NCBI GenBank assembly: GCA_905178155.1
Contig: CAJINV010000002.1
Location: 1,733,216-1,797,215, forward strand
Origin: Amoebophrya sp. A120
Lineage: Eukaryota > Protista > Dinoflagellata
DNA: 64,000 nucleotides
Reading direction: 5' to 3'
Shown here: positions 1 to 11,639 of the stretch, piece after piece
Layout of the letters: every line of letters starts with the position of its first letter
How positions within the stretch are numbered: position 1 is the first letter of the stretch
Translations under genes and position numbers: made by a program
Notes under the pieces: model-generated
Database searches by the model: none
What the model was told of the DNA's origin: nothing
Seen by the model: only the letters and a program-made list of their open reading frames with translations

Positions 1-1
1 C

Positions 2-1066
2 TAGCAGCCTCGCTGCCCGCACACTGGGCACTTTGTCTATCGCCCACTGTTTCAGGGCAATTCCCTTGTAGTACAGCATCAAGTTTTCCACCGCCATCAG
101 GGTGCAGATGTCCGGAATTCCTGCGCACCGGTGCAGGAGTGTATTTGGGATCTGCCTCGGCAGCATGCAAATATTTTTCAAAAATTTTGCTGTGTCCTTT
201 TGCAGCTGTAGCTTGTTGGACTTCTTGAAGTAGGGAAAAAACGGCACGGAATTACTTAGCACTGCACTGTAGACCAGAGATACGTAGACATCTATTTTTG
301 TGGTGACTCTGATGCTTTTCAGTCGGGCGACGCTGTTGTTTTCTTGTGTCATCTTCCGCTTTGTGATTTCGTAGTGGGAACTGAAATCCCAGGTCCCATC
401 ATAAAAGAATCCCAGCGACCTGCTTGCGTCACTGATCTCGACCTTTTTACTAACCCCCACATCATAATAGATCGCTTCGGACTTTGACTCCTCAAAGAAA
501 ATGAAGGACTCTCGTCCCGCCTGGACGAGGTCCTTCTTGAGCTCGCTCACCTTCTGCTGGTCCCCCGTGCCGCACTGGCTGTTGTCGTCACTAAACTGAT
601 TCTGCGCCCCGTCCGCATTGATGGTTTCCATTTTCTGTATCAAAATACAGTTGTGGCAATTGAAGCAGCCGCCCGAGTAGGGCGACCCTTGTGGCATGCC
701 GGGGGACAAAGTCCAGTACCTAGTCCCCGTTTTGATTCTTACTTTTCGGTAGGAGAGCCACTGAACCGTGGCACAGACCAGGTCCACTGGCACCCCTAGT
801 TTTTGCATGGACTCAGTCAGCACCTGATGCGAAACAACATCGAACCCCGCCTCGTTGTCGTTTAGCAAAAGGAATTTTCTCAGCCCACTAGCCTCCAGCC
901 CTTCCTCAGAAAACAGAAACTCGATAATCGAAATAGCCCCAAATTTGTGATGCACATTTGTGACCCCAAATCTTGTCTGTATTGCAAGAAGGCAAGTCCG
1001 GAGAGCCCCCTGCATTTTGCAGGCGGTTTGTGATGCTGTTGGGCTTAGAGCATACGCTTTTGCCAT
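2..1066 (-). CDS. Non-LTR retrotransposon (LINE-type) reverse transcriptase ORF, 5'-truncated, open to the window edge
   Basis: Hand translation from ATG 1066 is stop-free to base 2 (355 codons) and is absent from the ORF track. Motifs in RT order: LLLNDNEAGFDVVSH (~830-870), GMPQGSPYS (674-700), QFSDD (584-598), RSLGFFYD and a thumb-like region. The first ~45 codons are introner-derived. Confidence 0.85.
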   Translation of the reverse strand, partial: MAKAYALSPTASQTACKMQGALRTCLLAIQTRFGVTNVHHKFGAISIIEFLFSEEGLEASGLRKFLLLNDNEAGFDVVSHQVLTESMQKLGVPVDLVCATVQWLSYRKVRIKTGTRYWTLSPGMPQGSPYSGGCFNCHNCILIQKMETINADGAQNQFSDDNSQCGTGDQQKVSELKKDLVQAGRESFIFFEESKSEAIYYDVGVSKKVEISDASRSLGFFYDGTWDFSSHYEITKRKMTQENNSVARLKSIRVTTKIDVYVSLVYSAVLSNSVPFFPYFKKSNKLQLQKDTAKFLKNICMLPRQIPNTLLHRCAGIPDICTLMAVENLMLYYKGIALKQWAIDKVPSVRAARLL

Positions 1067-1211
1067 GCTAGGCGCCTACGTCAAAACCTCTCGACCGAGG
1101 CTTGACATATGCCTGCAGACCTCTACTGCAAGACAAATCTGATTTGTGTACGGAAATCCAGCATCAGAAACTTCGTTTCGATATGGGGAGGGGGGATTTT
1201 TCCTCTTGATA
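926..1211. mobile_element. Family D introner in VPS15, left terminus displaced by the LINE insertion
   Basis: Right TIR ...gatatggggaggggggatttttcctcttgata ends at 1211. The body is collinear with the copy at 15353-15674, but the left TIR is missing and RT sequence stands in its place. Confidence 0.8.
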
Positions 1212-1888
1212 TCGGACGCATTCTGCGAGTTAACATCGCTTCGCTGCACTGCGCCGGACCGCGCGGCAACACTTCCGCCGGGGGTTAAAGACCCACCATG
1301 ATCCCTATTCTGCAGGTTTTCCTGCTTTAGAAGCAAAACACTCGTTCCTGAATCCGACTTCCCAGTCAACTGGGCATTCTCCCCGCCAGGCGTTATCGGC
1401 ACCTCGCCCTGCAGATTGTTGTTCGCCGCGGTAGTTCCGAGGGATTGCTGCGCCAATATCCCATCCGCTTGGTTGTAATTCGACACATGCTGGTCTGGGT
1501 CGACGAACTCAATCCCTTCGTAAGGGACAACATTAGAAACGCAAGCGAAGTTACCATTCAACTTCGAATTGTCCCCGTTGTTTGTCAACTGCTTCCGGAT
1601 TCTTTTCAAGATTTTCACGATTTCGGAAAAAACCTTCGGGTCGAGTAAGTCCCGGTGGAAGAAAACCTTACAGATCACTTTCCCATGTTTCGTATGGGTT
1701 GACTTCGCCGTTTTGAACAGCTTGTTGCTCGCGAGCCATTCTTCGTACAGCAGATTGTTGACGATCGGGACATTCGCCGTGTCGGAGAATTTGTTGGCTC
1801 CTGCGCCAGTAGTGGTGGAAAGTGTCGTCTGGGTCGACTGCTGCTCAGATAAATGCCCCTGGACACGGGTGGAAAAGTTGTTGCCCAT
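1212..1888 (-). CDS. VPS15: VPS15/PIK3R4-like kinase, first exon (rest of gene lies left of the window)
   Basis: MGN myristoylation-type start. YEEWLASNKLFKTAKSTHTKHGKVICKVFF resembles the Vps15 N-lobe (YxxxLGSxRFFKxARxxHxEGxVVVKVF). Confidence 0.7.
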
Positions 1889-2711
1889 CTTTGCTACTGC
1901 AGCTGAGTAGAAGTTGTCAAGGGGTCATACAGGAGGCGAGGATCATCTTGCTCGTCATTTTGGTTCACGGAGTGTCGTAGTCGCGGGCCTGCGATACCGC
2001 CAGTGAAAAAGATCAATCTTCAAAACATGTGTTGAAATGCGCACCAGAAAGGGACCGAAAAAATGTCGCTGAAAGGGAACAAAAACTACTTCATCGTCAT
2101 TGCAGAAGCAAGGCCCAAAAGCGATAGAAATAGTCCGATCCAGATCCATAATATGTTTTGATCGAAAGCAGGCACCAAAATTGCCTCAGGTCGTGGAACA
2201 CAGGAGTCGTGAGGAGACTCAAATACGGTTTGCGTCACCTAATCGTAGTTATACTCTTACTTGCGTTTATTTTCTCCTGGAAAAATGAAGTCAGTACAGA
2301 AACAGATATGCGTTTGTTTCAAGTTAGTAGAAAGCGGGCCAATAAAACCTTTCCTTGTAACAGCCTACTTCTACGATTCTCCTGCGTGACAGTTTAGGTA
2401 TCTATTGCGTGTAAAAATTCTTGAAATTTCGTAGCGTATGCGAAGTAGAATTAGAAAACCTCATACAACTGCATGAGGGCAAAAACTTTTGTACTGTACT
2501 TCGTGTGACATTGACCGCCCGTCACCTTCAAAATCTGATAAAGCGAAACACGTACCGAAATTCTACAAATTATAGTCGTCAAACTCAAAGTGGTGGTGGT
2601 CTCAAACGTACCTTCAAAATAAGTAAAACAAGTTTGCGTGTCAACAACGTCCGCGTAAGACTGCTAAACGAGAGCGTAGTTCTTGCGTCTGCCTGTCGAC
2701 GACCGAAAAAA

Positions 2712-5700
2712 TCATGCCAAATCTTCCAAATCAGAATAGTCCTCACCAGCCAAAACATGCGGCAAAAGCTTCTCGCAGTCCTCCAAACTCCGCTTTGTCG
2801 GGTCAATGTTCAGAATACACCGCAAAGATTTTTCGTACTCCCAAGGCCTCACCGCGTCTTCGCTGGTCCAGGAAACCAGTGGGAGGTGCGACTGCTGCGA
2901 CGACGCTATCCCAGAAGACACGCCAGACAAGTGTTGCGGATGGATCGGGTTTAACGCCGGTGTGTTCGTAGGGATCACGTGGTTCGCTCGAGCGTGGGAA
3001 AAATCGAATTCATAAGGGACTTTCTTGTCCAGACAATTTTGAACCTCCTTCGGGGTATTCAAAACCGCGAGCCAGTGCTCTAGTCTCTCCGCCTCTCCTT
3101 CATTCTTCGCGCTTTTGGTCAAATCGGTGCCGTTGGTGAAATTGAGTGTTTCGTTGAGTAACAAAAGCACCTCCCCGTAGTCGTCCTCCAACAAATCATC
3201 AGCTGTTTTGTTGAAAGCTTGCTGGGTATTTGTTTTGTTTTTACTCTGCTTGGCCGACGATGTTGTGTGAACCTCTCCCGGCTGCTTCGACCCGGGGGCG
3301 AGTTTTGCTGACCCAGGAGGCCCACTCGCAGGAGCTACTGCTGGAGTGTCGGTGATCACCTTCCCTGTATCCGCGTCGATCTCCACAATCTTCCCGTGCC
3401 TCTTCACCCGTTTTCGCACCACACGGTCCTTCAAAAGAGCCGGATCCTCCACGGGAGAATCCGACCCAGAGCCATCCGAGGGGTCGGGTGAGCTCTGGTC
3501 GGGAGTGCCTTCGTACTGGTTGTCTGGATTGTTTTCGTAAGATTGATACTGGTGTTCCATCTCCATGTAGGAATCGTGTGCATGACAGCTTGTTCCGTTT
3601 GCAATTTTCGGTTTGTTCTCTTCTTCCGCTTCCATGAGCTGCTCCTGTTCCGCCTTTTCCCGCTCCTGCACGTGCTGCAACACAAGTTGCGTCGTGGGGT
3701 TCTGCTCAAGGCCGAAGATCATCTTGTAGAGGATAATCCCGCAAGCCCAGTAGTCAGATTTCTCGGTAACTGGGTTGAAGGAAAAGTTGCAGGAGTCCTG
3801 TTTTGATAGCGATTTAGATATTGAAAAATGCATTCAACGTAGTACGTCGCATGCGAGGTAAAAATAGCATGAGAATCTTGTCCAACAGTGGGAAAACTGC
3901 ATTGCAAATTTTGAAAAAACTTGAATACCTCCGGCTCGTCGTCGCTATCGTCGTCACTCCCATCGCCGTCTCCTGACCCTTCCTCACCGTCGTCAGCTTC
4001 TTCAGATTCCTCCTCAGCCTCCTCGGATTCCTCCTCCTCTTCTTAAGGTATGGATTGCAAAACAGCTACACAAAGTTAGGGCGAGTTTTGAGTTTGCCAT
4101 GCACTGACTGTGGCATTGCAAATGCAAAAAAAGCTGCAAAAACTACGGACATACGCACAATTTTTCGCATCACAAATTCCGCATCGTTAAACTGTGTAGC
4201 CTAGTTTTGCATTTGGATACCTTCCTCATCGTCCTCGTCCTCTTCCTCACTCTGCACCGCAAACGGGATTTTTACCCTTTCCGGCTCGACCCACTGGATC
4301 TTGTACAAACAGCAGTCCTTCCCCTCCCTCCTACAAGCACCCAAGTCGATCGTCTTCAGCGTATCGCTACTTCTGCAATACACAAAGTTTTCAATCGAAA
4401 CATCGCCGTTTAAACACCCAACCCGTCTATGCACCTCCAACGTTCCGTGGATGATCATCTTGAAATACCGGGGAATGTCAAACGTTTTCCCGTGCTGCTT
4501 GTTCTTCAGCCAATCGCTCATGTCGCAACTCCCCAACTCCATCACGAAAGCACGCAAGTTTTGGCTCGGAACGACATAACTGCAGACTAAGCCGATGATG
4601 TACTTGCACCCTTTCTCCGCGGCGATTCTGAGAAATTCTAACTCCCGCTCGTACTCCTGTGTTTCCTCCGCAACGTCTTTCGCCGATTTCGGTTTTTTGT
4701 TGAAATGTAGGGATTTCCGGACCCCGAGGAGAATACGGGTGTGGTTGTCGTCTCCATTGTCGGTGTTCTGGTGAGTGGAGCTGTTTTTTTTCTTCAAAAC
4801 TTGGTTGTAAGACCCATTTTTTACGGCGTAATGAGATGCATGGCCACCGTTTCCATTCCCGTTTTTGTGCTTCATGCTGTTCCGCATTTTGTGTTTCGGT
4901 TTGTTCAAATCGAGCAACGCCTTGTGCGCGTCCTCGTACCGTTGTAGTTTGTCCGGAGAGATTAAACTCTGAAGGTTGAAGTTCTTGTAATCGCCGAGCT
5001 TCTCGTCATTCTCGTCCGTGTCAAGTTTTAGGAGAATTTTGTCCACGGTCGCGATGGACTGCAAATCCTCCGTTACCATATCATCGTGGTCGAGATCTTC
5101 CACCGTTTCTTGGAAGGTGGTTAAAACGGTCATGTCCACCTTCTTCCTGATTTGTGGGATCACGGCAGAAGCAGTTACCGGAGCATCTACTTCACCAGCG
5201 GTTTTCGTCATTTTGGGACTGTCAACCGCGGGAGGAAGACTGGTGGTTTTCTGCATCACTGTGTAGTCGAAAGACGCGGGCTGCGCCGGGCCGATGTGGT
5301 GTAAGTTTGTTTCGGAGGGGTGGTTTTTGAAATGGAATTCGCTGTTGTTGTTGTAGTTGTTGTTCACGTTATGCAATAACATGTCGTTGGAGTTGGTATT
5401 CACCGCATTGTTCAGAATGATTTCCATGTGATCACCACCGCTTGCCCCGGCCGGCCTTTTGTTCGGGCTCTGCTTCCCATTCCCGTAGTTTAAAGCGTTG
5501 TGAAAATCAGCGAGCTTCTGACGTGGTGAGACCTCGTTTATTGTCGTGCTGTACATAGCAGATGAGCTGTTGTGATTGTCATTCCCAGATGAAACGACAC
5601 TCACGTAGTTAAACTCCGGATTCTGCTTCGTATACAATGTATACTCCGCCCCATTGCTTCTCCACCCGGAGCCTGCTTTTGTCAAATGCTGCCCGGCCGT

Positions 5701-8700
5701 CTCCTTCTCCACCAATTTCGACTGCTCGTGCGCGTTTTTACTTTCAATCGGGTGGTGAGACGTTTTCACGTGCCCATAGATTGTCATGTTGGACAGTTTG
5801 CTGAATCTCAACCTCGTCTGCGCCCCCACCCAAGTCCAGCTTGGCTCAATCCTCGCTTGCGCGGCCGCTTTCCAGTGAACTCTGCGTAAGTTTTGTTTCT
5901 TCCTTTCCAGAGCGGTTAGATAGCAGTACGTGTCAGAAGTGTTGTAACACACTCTATACCCGTTCTCCGTTTCCCGGAAGTGCTGCGCCGGGACTCCGCA
6001 GACTTGGCAACAATGCAAAACCGGTCTTGCAGCGGTCACGTTATGTGGAATCATCAAACCATGCGCCAGCAACGGATTCATCCTCGCCAACAACGTCGGC
6101 TGCATGAAAAATTTCAGATTCTCCCTTAGTCTCAACAAATGCAACGTCGTCTGCTCCTTCAGCAACTCATTGATGCTCATCCTCTTCTGATTCTGCTGCG
6201 GAGTGGCCAAAGTCGTTGTGCTTTCAATCCTTCTTTGCTTGCTATGCTCCTGAATCTGCTCTTCGGATAAGGTCCTTGGTAAATGCACCGCCAACGCCTT
6301 GGAACTCTCTGCTCCCTCCCGCGGCGACTTCATGTTGTTGCTCGCGTTTGAAGAAACTTCCCATGCGGATTGCGCTTGTAAACTGTTGTTACTGTTGTTC
6401 TGCGCGACCAGTTGCTGCTGTTTCTTCACGTGGACTAAGTTCTGGATCCTGCGCAGAAAATCCCGCATGTGCTTGTCCTTTTTTGTTTCCGGATCATCGT
6501 GTTCTTGATGTACTAGACCCCCTCCAAATTCCGACCCCTGGCTCATCCTAGTACCACTGTTGCGAAGAGCAGCTGCAGCATCGTTATGATCGTTGTAATG
6601 ACCACTGCTTTCCCCCGTGAACCGATTGTAAGAAACCCCGCGCTCCATCAAAGCCAAATCGATCCTGTTGATGCAAGCCGGCGGGACCACCGTCGGCGAA
6701 TCCTCGTCCGCCAGCATGCTGCACCACAAAATCGACGCTTCTTCCGCGAGTAAAATTGCGTGGTCGTAATTCCGCTCCTCCAACTCGATCGTCGATAAAT
6801 TCAACAAATTCCGAAAGCAATACGTCACCATCTGCCGGAAGAGTTGGAGTTCCCTCTCCTCAATCTGGTTCTTCGTGGATTTCTTCGTCGGAAAGAGCAA
6901 TTTGTTCAACCGGGAGGACTGGAGCAAAAACTTCTGATACCGGGATATCAAAACTTTCCACTGGGTTAATAATTCCAGCAGTAATTCCCGGATTCCCGCC
7001 TGCTCCACATCCAATTTTTGATTCATTGCAGCGAGCTGTTGTGTTTCCTTCGTCGATATGGATTGCAAATATGTCTGGGAGTCTGGAAACTTGTAATGCT
7101 GCGTTGGGAATAGGGAATGCTCTGCAAATGCAATGGTGCGCAGCCAAGCATGAGAAATGTCTGCGCTTCTTTGTGTTGCATTTTTCGCATGGCAAACTGC
7201 GTTTTTGCATGACAAACAAAAGGGCGTCTTCTTGGACACGCATCACAAACTTTTTTAGTCCTGCCAGACAAGCATGACAAACCTTGCATCCTTCCAGACT
7301 CAGACATATTTGCAATGCATAGTCGACCCGGGTAGGGTAAAATCCTGCATCTCGTCCGGTTTGGAATACTGCTTGATATCCCCCATGTGGCGGGAGATTA
7401 GAGATCCGATCTTACTCGACGGGCTGGTTAAGAGGGAAGACTTGCTGCTGATCGGGCCAGTACCAGTACCAGCAGCCGCAGCAGCGGAATTCGACGCGAC
7501 CAACTTCCTGCTGTGCTTCCGGAGAGAGATCCTGTGCTTCAACAGTAAGTGCTATGAGAGTGCACAACTCCCTCTCCCCCTCATTTGTAATGCAAAATAC
7601 CCAATCTTCCACCCTGTGCCTCTTGACACGTTTAGCGTGACAAGTTCTGGAAGCCCAAATAGCACTACACTCCTTCGCAAATTTGTCATGCAAAACCTGC
7701 ATTCTTGCTGGCACGTGTATTGCCGTTCATACTATACAAATGAGGGGGAGGGGGGGTTGTGCACTGTCATAAGTGCGTCAGCATGTGGTCTTCGTGCTTC
7801 AAATGATCTAATAATCGTTCCAAAGTCTCCATGATCTGGGAATGATGGAGCAAAAAACTCGTCCCGGTGCCGGTGTCGAGCAAAGAATTGTGGTCGTGGA
7901 TCTGCAGTTCGTCGATGTTATTTTTCTTGCTGTTCGAGGGGGAGCCGGATCTGCTGGTAGAAGAATTGTTGTTCGTCCCACTATTGATGTTCTTACTCCG
8001 CCCGCCATTCGCTGCTCTCCGGACTGCGTCGGGTTTCAGAGACTGTAAAAACAGTTCCCTCCGTCTCTCTTCAATTTTCTTTTCCACCCGTTGCTGCACG
8101 CGTTTCACCCGATTCCTGGCGTTTTGAAGTCGCTCTATCGACCTTTTTCCGGAAGATTTTTTCACGATAGTGTTCACTCGCTTGTTTTTCGGGCCAGGTT
8201 TCTTCTTCTTGTTATTTCCTGCCGCTGCACCGGGTTTCTTTCCTCGACCCATTGGCGTGTTCATTTTTTTCCCGCCTTGCTTTTGGTTCATCTTTTTCAT
8301 CGCGGGTGGTGCAGCTTTCATCTTATTTCCCCTGCCCTTGTTTTTTCCCATCTTCTTCATCGATAAAGTTTTCTGCCGCTTCTCGTAGTGGATTCTTTCC
8401 CGGTGCTCCACGATGACGTCGGTTAGAGACTGCACTTCGGAAAGCAACGTCGTGAAGTCCTCCACGTGGTAGCAGTACATGGAGTTGTCGGAATATCGCA
8501 AGAAAAACCTGTTTCACTGTGAACTTGTGATACAGAGGAAGCAGCATAAAAGTGTTTGTCTTGCTACACATGCAAGACGGTGACGGTGGCTTTTTAGCCG
8601 TTTTTTGCCTTCGGGTGCATGCATGGCAAATTTTGCCTGTCATGTCGAACTAACTTGTGATGCAAAACTTGCAACAAAATCCTCACCGTGAAATACTTTA

Positions 8701-9312
8701 TTTACCGTGCGATACCGAATAGTCCACGATAAACCCGTACTCCTTCCACCTGGGATGCGTCAACGCAACCGCTTTCGCGAGTTTGTCGAATTTGGTGTTT
8801 TGCTGGGCCTGCTGTTGTTGAGAAATTGCGGAGGTTGCAGCTGTTCCCATAGCAGTCGCACTCGAAGACGACGCAGTACTACTCCCATTCCCGTGCGTCG
8901 TGACGGATACCATCTGTTCCTTCACAATTTGGTCTCCCTGCAACTTCCGCACAGCACTTCTTCTCATCGAGTGCAACACGGAGTCCGATTTCGACATGTC
9001 CCCTTGTAACAACCTGACATTCTCCAAACTCAACTTAATGTTCCCCTGCCCGCGAATCACCGACTTGGATCCATCGACCTTGTAATTCTCCAATTTCTGA
9101 AACCGGACGGAGATGCCCGTCCAAGTACCGCTGATCCAGAAAAAGCCGTAGTCCGCGGCGGAAAAAACCCGGTAATTCGTCGCATCGGGCTGCTTCCGTT
9201 CGAAAAAGAGTCTCCCCCCGTTGATCAAAATTTTATCCACGTGCGCCTTGTGCTCGGTGAAGCCGTGGGGGTTGAGAGATTGTTGGTCCGGGTTGAGGAG
9301 GTAAACGTTCAT
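2712..9312 (-). CDS. Large divergent Ser/Thr protein kinase, 6 exons, ~1,856 aa
   Basis: Exons ~9312-8715, 8493-7772, 7552-7322, 7056-4221, 4041-3929 and 3797-2712 join in frame (5,571 nt). Kinase motifs: YERELEFL, NGDVSIENF, KTIDLG, SDYWACGIILYKM, LNIDPTKR. Confidence 0.8.
3798..3928 (-). other. Canonical GT-AG intron
   Basis: GAG|GTATTC...CAAAACAG|GAC, frame restored. Confidence 0.8.
4042..4220 (-). other. GT-AG intron built on a degenerate TIR element (4049-4219), TSD lost
   Basis: G|GTATCC...CCTTAAG|AA. Inverted ends tatggattgcaaaacagctacaca / tgtgtagcctagttttgcatttggata. Confidence 0.75.
7057..7321. mobile_element. Family A introner (TIR core tgtctgggtctggaa)
   Basis: TIRs, perfect TSD gtcga, join G-S-T-K in frame. 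Confidence 0.92.
7553..7771. mobile_element. Family B introner (TIR tatgasagtgcacaac + C-runs)
   Basis: TIRs, perfect TSD agtgc, join T-H-L-L-L-K. Confidence 0.92.
8494..8714. mobile_element. Family E introner (TIR core tgtttcactgt)
   Basis: TIRs, TSD cggaa/ccgaa, join D-Y-S-D-N. Confidence 0.88.
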
Positions 9313-10444
9313 TTTCGCGGTAGATCTTCGATGTAGTTCGATTTGAGAAATAAACAGAGGGCTGACAGTTGGATAAATTATGAGGATGTGTATAGTGCCG
9401 AAAAAATACGAGAATGAAAAAATTACACAAAAACAACACTAAGTTCTCGAATAAATGAAATGGGGGGTCGTGGTGTTGAAACGCAAACGCCAGTAGCCAG
9501 AGGTTTCGACCTGCTGGGTCAAACCTGTATCGCAAAGAAGGAATTATTGGTCAACTATAGAAATACTGAAAACCTCCTCCGAAAACAAAACAAAATCTTA
9601 CGGAAGGCAGAAGACCGATAAGTTGGAGCCGCGTGAAGAACCCCTGCGCAGGGGAATGAGACCGAAGCATGGCTTCGCAAATTCAAAAACCGATATTAAT
9701 TTCGTTGCGTCATGAGCTGCTGCCCACTGCAATGAAGTAATCCGACCGGGTTGTGGCAGACACAATAATGACCGAGGAGCGGAAACAACAACTTTTGTGT
9801 GTTCTTTATCGATGAAGAACCGATCCGAAATACAACCGAATGTCGCCTGGCGAAGGGCTGCAAGAGTGATTTGTACAGCTAAAAAATGGGGAAGATGAAC
9901 ACGAAAATCATTCGCGAAAAGAACAAATAGGAGCTGTTTTGTCTCTACAGCATCACTCAACATTTGATGGTAGCCGAATTTTTTTACGTTTCACTTTAGT
10001 TGTTATCGGACGACCAGCAGATAGTACTCTATTAATACGCCACCGAATAAGACTGCAGCAGCGCTGATATTTTGGCCGACAACTGTTCCAGCGTATAGTA
10101 GTTTTTTCTTCCAACAAGAAGCGAATTTCAGGAATCCGAATCCTAAACAACAGAAAGAATTTGAAGGTGAACAACTCGTCGTGTGTTTTTGTTTTTCCCT
10201 ATCTTCTTTACAACAGAATACAGCGGAAAAAAATAGACCTCTTAGAATCGAGAACTGGTTTTCATCTGAATTCTCAAAACATACCCAGTCTATTGCTTAT
10301 TTTGCGGAAAGCTTGTAACGATATCAATGACAAGCACACCTCAAGCAGTGTGGCATTATGCGGTTTCGTGATTCGATTTCGAAGGCACCAAATCAATGAA
10401 ATTTTACAGAAAGTAGATCATTGGTGCGGCTCAAAAACAGATAA

Positions 10445-10628
10445 GAGTGAGGTAACAAATTCCTCCGTTAAGTTACCCGGTTCCCAACCGCCAGCCCGTT
10501 CCAGCGGATCGGACCGTTCCGTTCTCCGGATCCCGGATCCCGGGAACCGGGTAACTTAGCGTCCGGCGGCCGGCCGGACGCTAAGTTACCCGGTAACAAA
10601 CTTAACGGAGGAATTTGTTACCTCACTC
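10445..10628. mobile_element. PIF/Harbinger-like MITE with nested palindromes
   Basis: Perfect 30-bp TIR gagtgaggtaacaaattcctccgttaagtt, taa on both sides, internal 21-bp-arm hairpin at 10547-10593. Confidence 0.8.
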
Positions 10629-11079
10629 TAATATCACGGAAAAAATAGTTCTAAATATTTTGATTCTATGTGTATGCGGATGCTGTCGTCTTTTAGGTGG
10701 GTGAAACGGCTGCACACTGCGTGCAATATAACATAGTGCTATAAGTACCACTTGCACGATTTAGAACGATCATGACCTCTTGAGAGCAGGTAAAAATGCA
10801 GTGCGTTCGTGGCCCTGGCCCTTCTTGTAAATTGAAAAAAGTCGTAACATGCTCTATTCTAAACTCATCTCACGCTCCTTGTCGCCTGATAAGGCATGAG
10901 AGAATCGGGCCCACGAGTTGTAAACATAGAGATACTATATTTCTGGCATATTTCACTTTCTTTACATCGAGTATATCCCATATCCATGTTTATATCTTAA
11001 TTTTTGTACTGCTATTCATTTGAAGATATCGCCTCGTTTATTACGTTTCTAGGTATCAGATCGTGCAGTTTAATAGTAT

Positions 11080-11117
11080 AGTCGAACCGTCTAGCAGTAG
11101 CAGTCGAACCGTCTAGC
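11080..11117. repeat. Short direct repeat (agtcgaaccgtctagc x2)
   Basis: 16-mer repeated with a 6-nt spacer. Confidence 0.8.
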
Positions 11118-11639
11118 GCCGGCCAAAATTGAAATTATCGAAGAAGCAATATTTGTCGGTGTTCATACATAATTATCAATGAGTTAAGGTGCAGAGGTGA
11201 TAGAAACATCCAGTTTCGATCAGATTTCAAAAAAATCGTGACCAATCTTTCTAATTTTAGAAGTAGGTAAGTAGCATGGTTCCATCACCACCTCGAGGAC
11301 AAATGCACCAGCAGATTACACCATGGCGCTTGTAACATTACGACGAAATCGGAAGCCAGTTACTCATCGGAGCTAAAATGATCTCGCGTTGAAAAAAAAA
11401 AATGAAAAGAGTAGGCAAAGCGATGGAATTATGTCCCGTTGTTGAAGGCCCTGTGAAGAGGACTCCTCTGAAGATGTTAAGACTATTCTGTCCCGCTGCT
11501 GAATTTCGTATAGTCCGTCGTGTCTATTTGATGTTGGCCGAAAAAGGAGTTGTACAGCTGTGAATTGTAACAATCTCCATGGGATATTATCCAAATCGCA
11601 GCGCCGAACGTCTTGAAATGTTTGTGTACTACGTATCAT

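Noticed and set aside
1-1066. RT as group II intron maturase, retron, or mobiliser of the introners
   Set aside because: Motifs look LINE-like and the ORF is 5'-truncated. TIRs with a fixed 5-bp TSD point to DNA transposition.
1076-1078. Programmed readthrough fusing VPS15 to the RT
   Set aside because: Sharing a frame has a 1-in-3 chance, and the stop lies inside an intron that should be removed.
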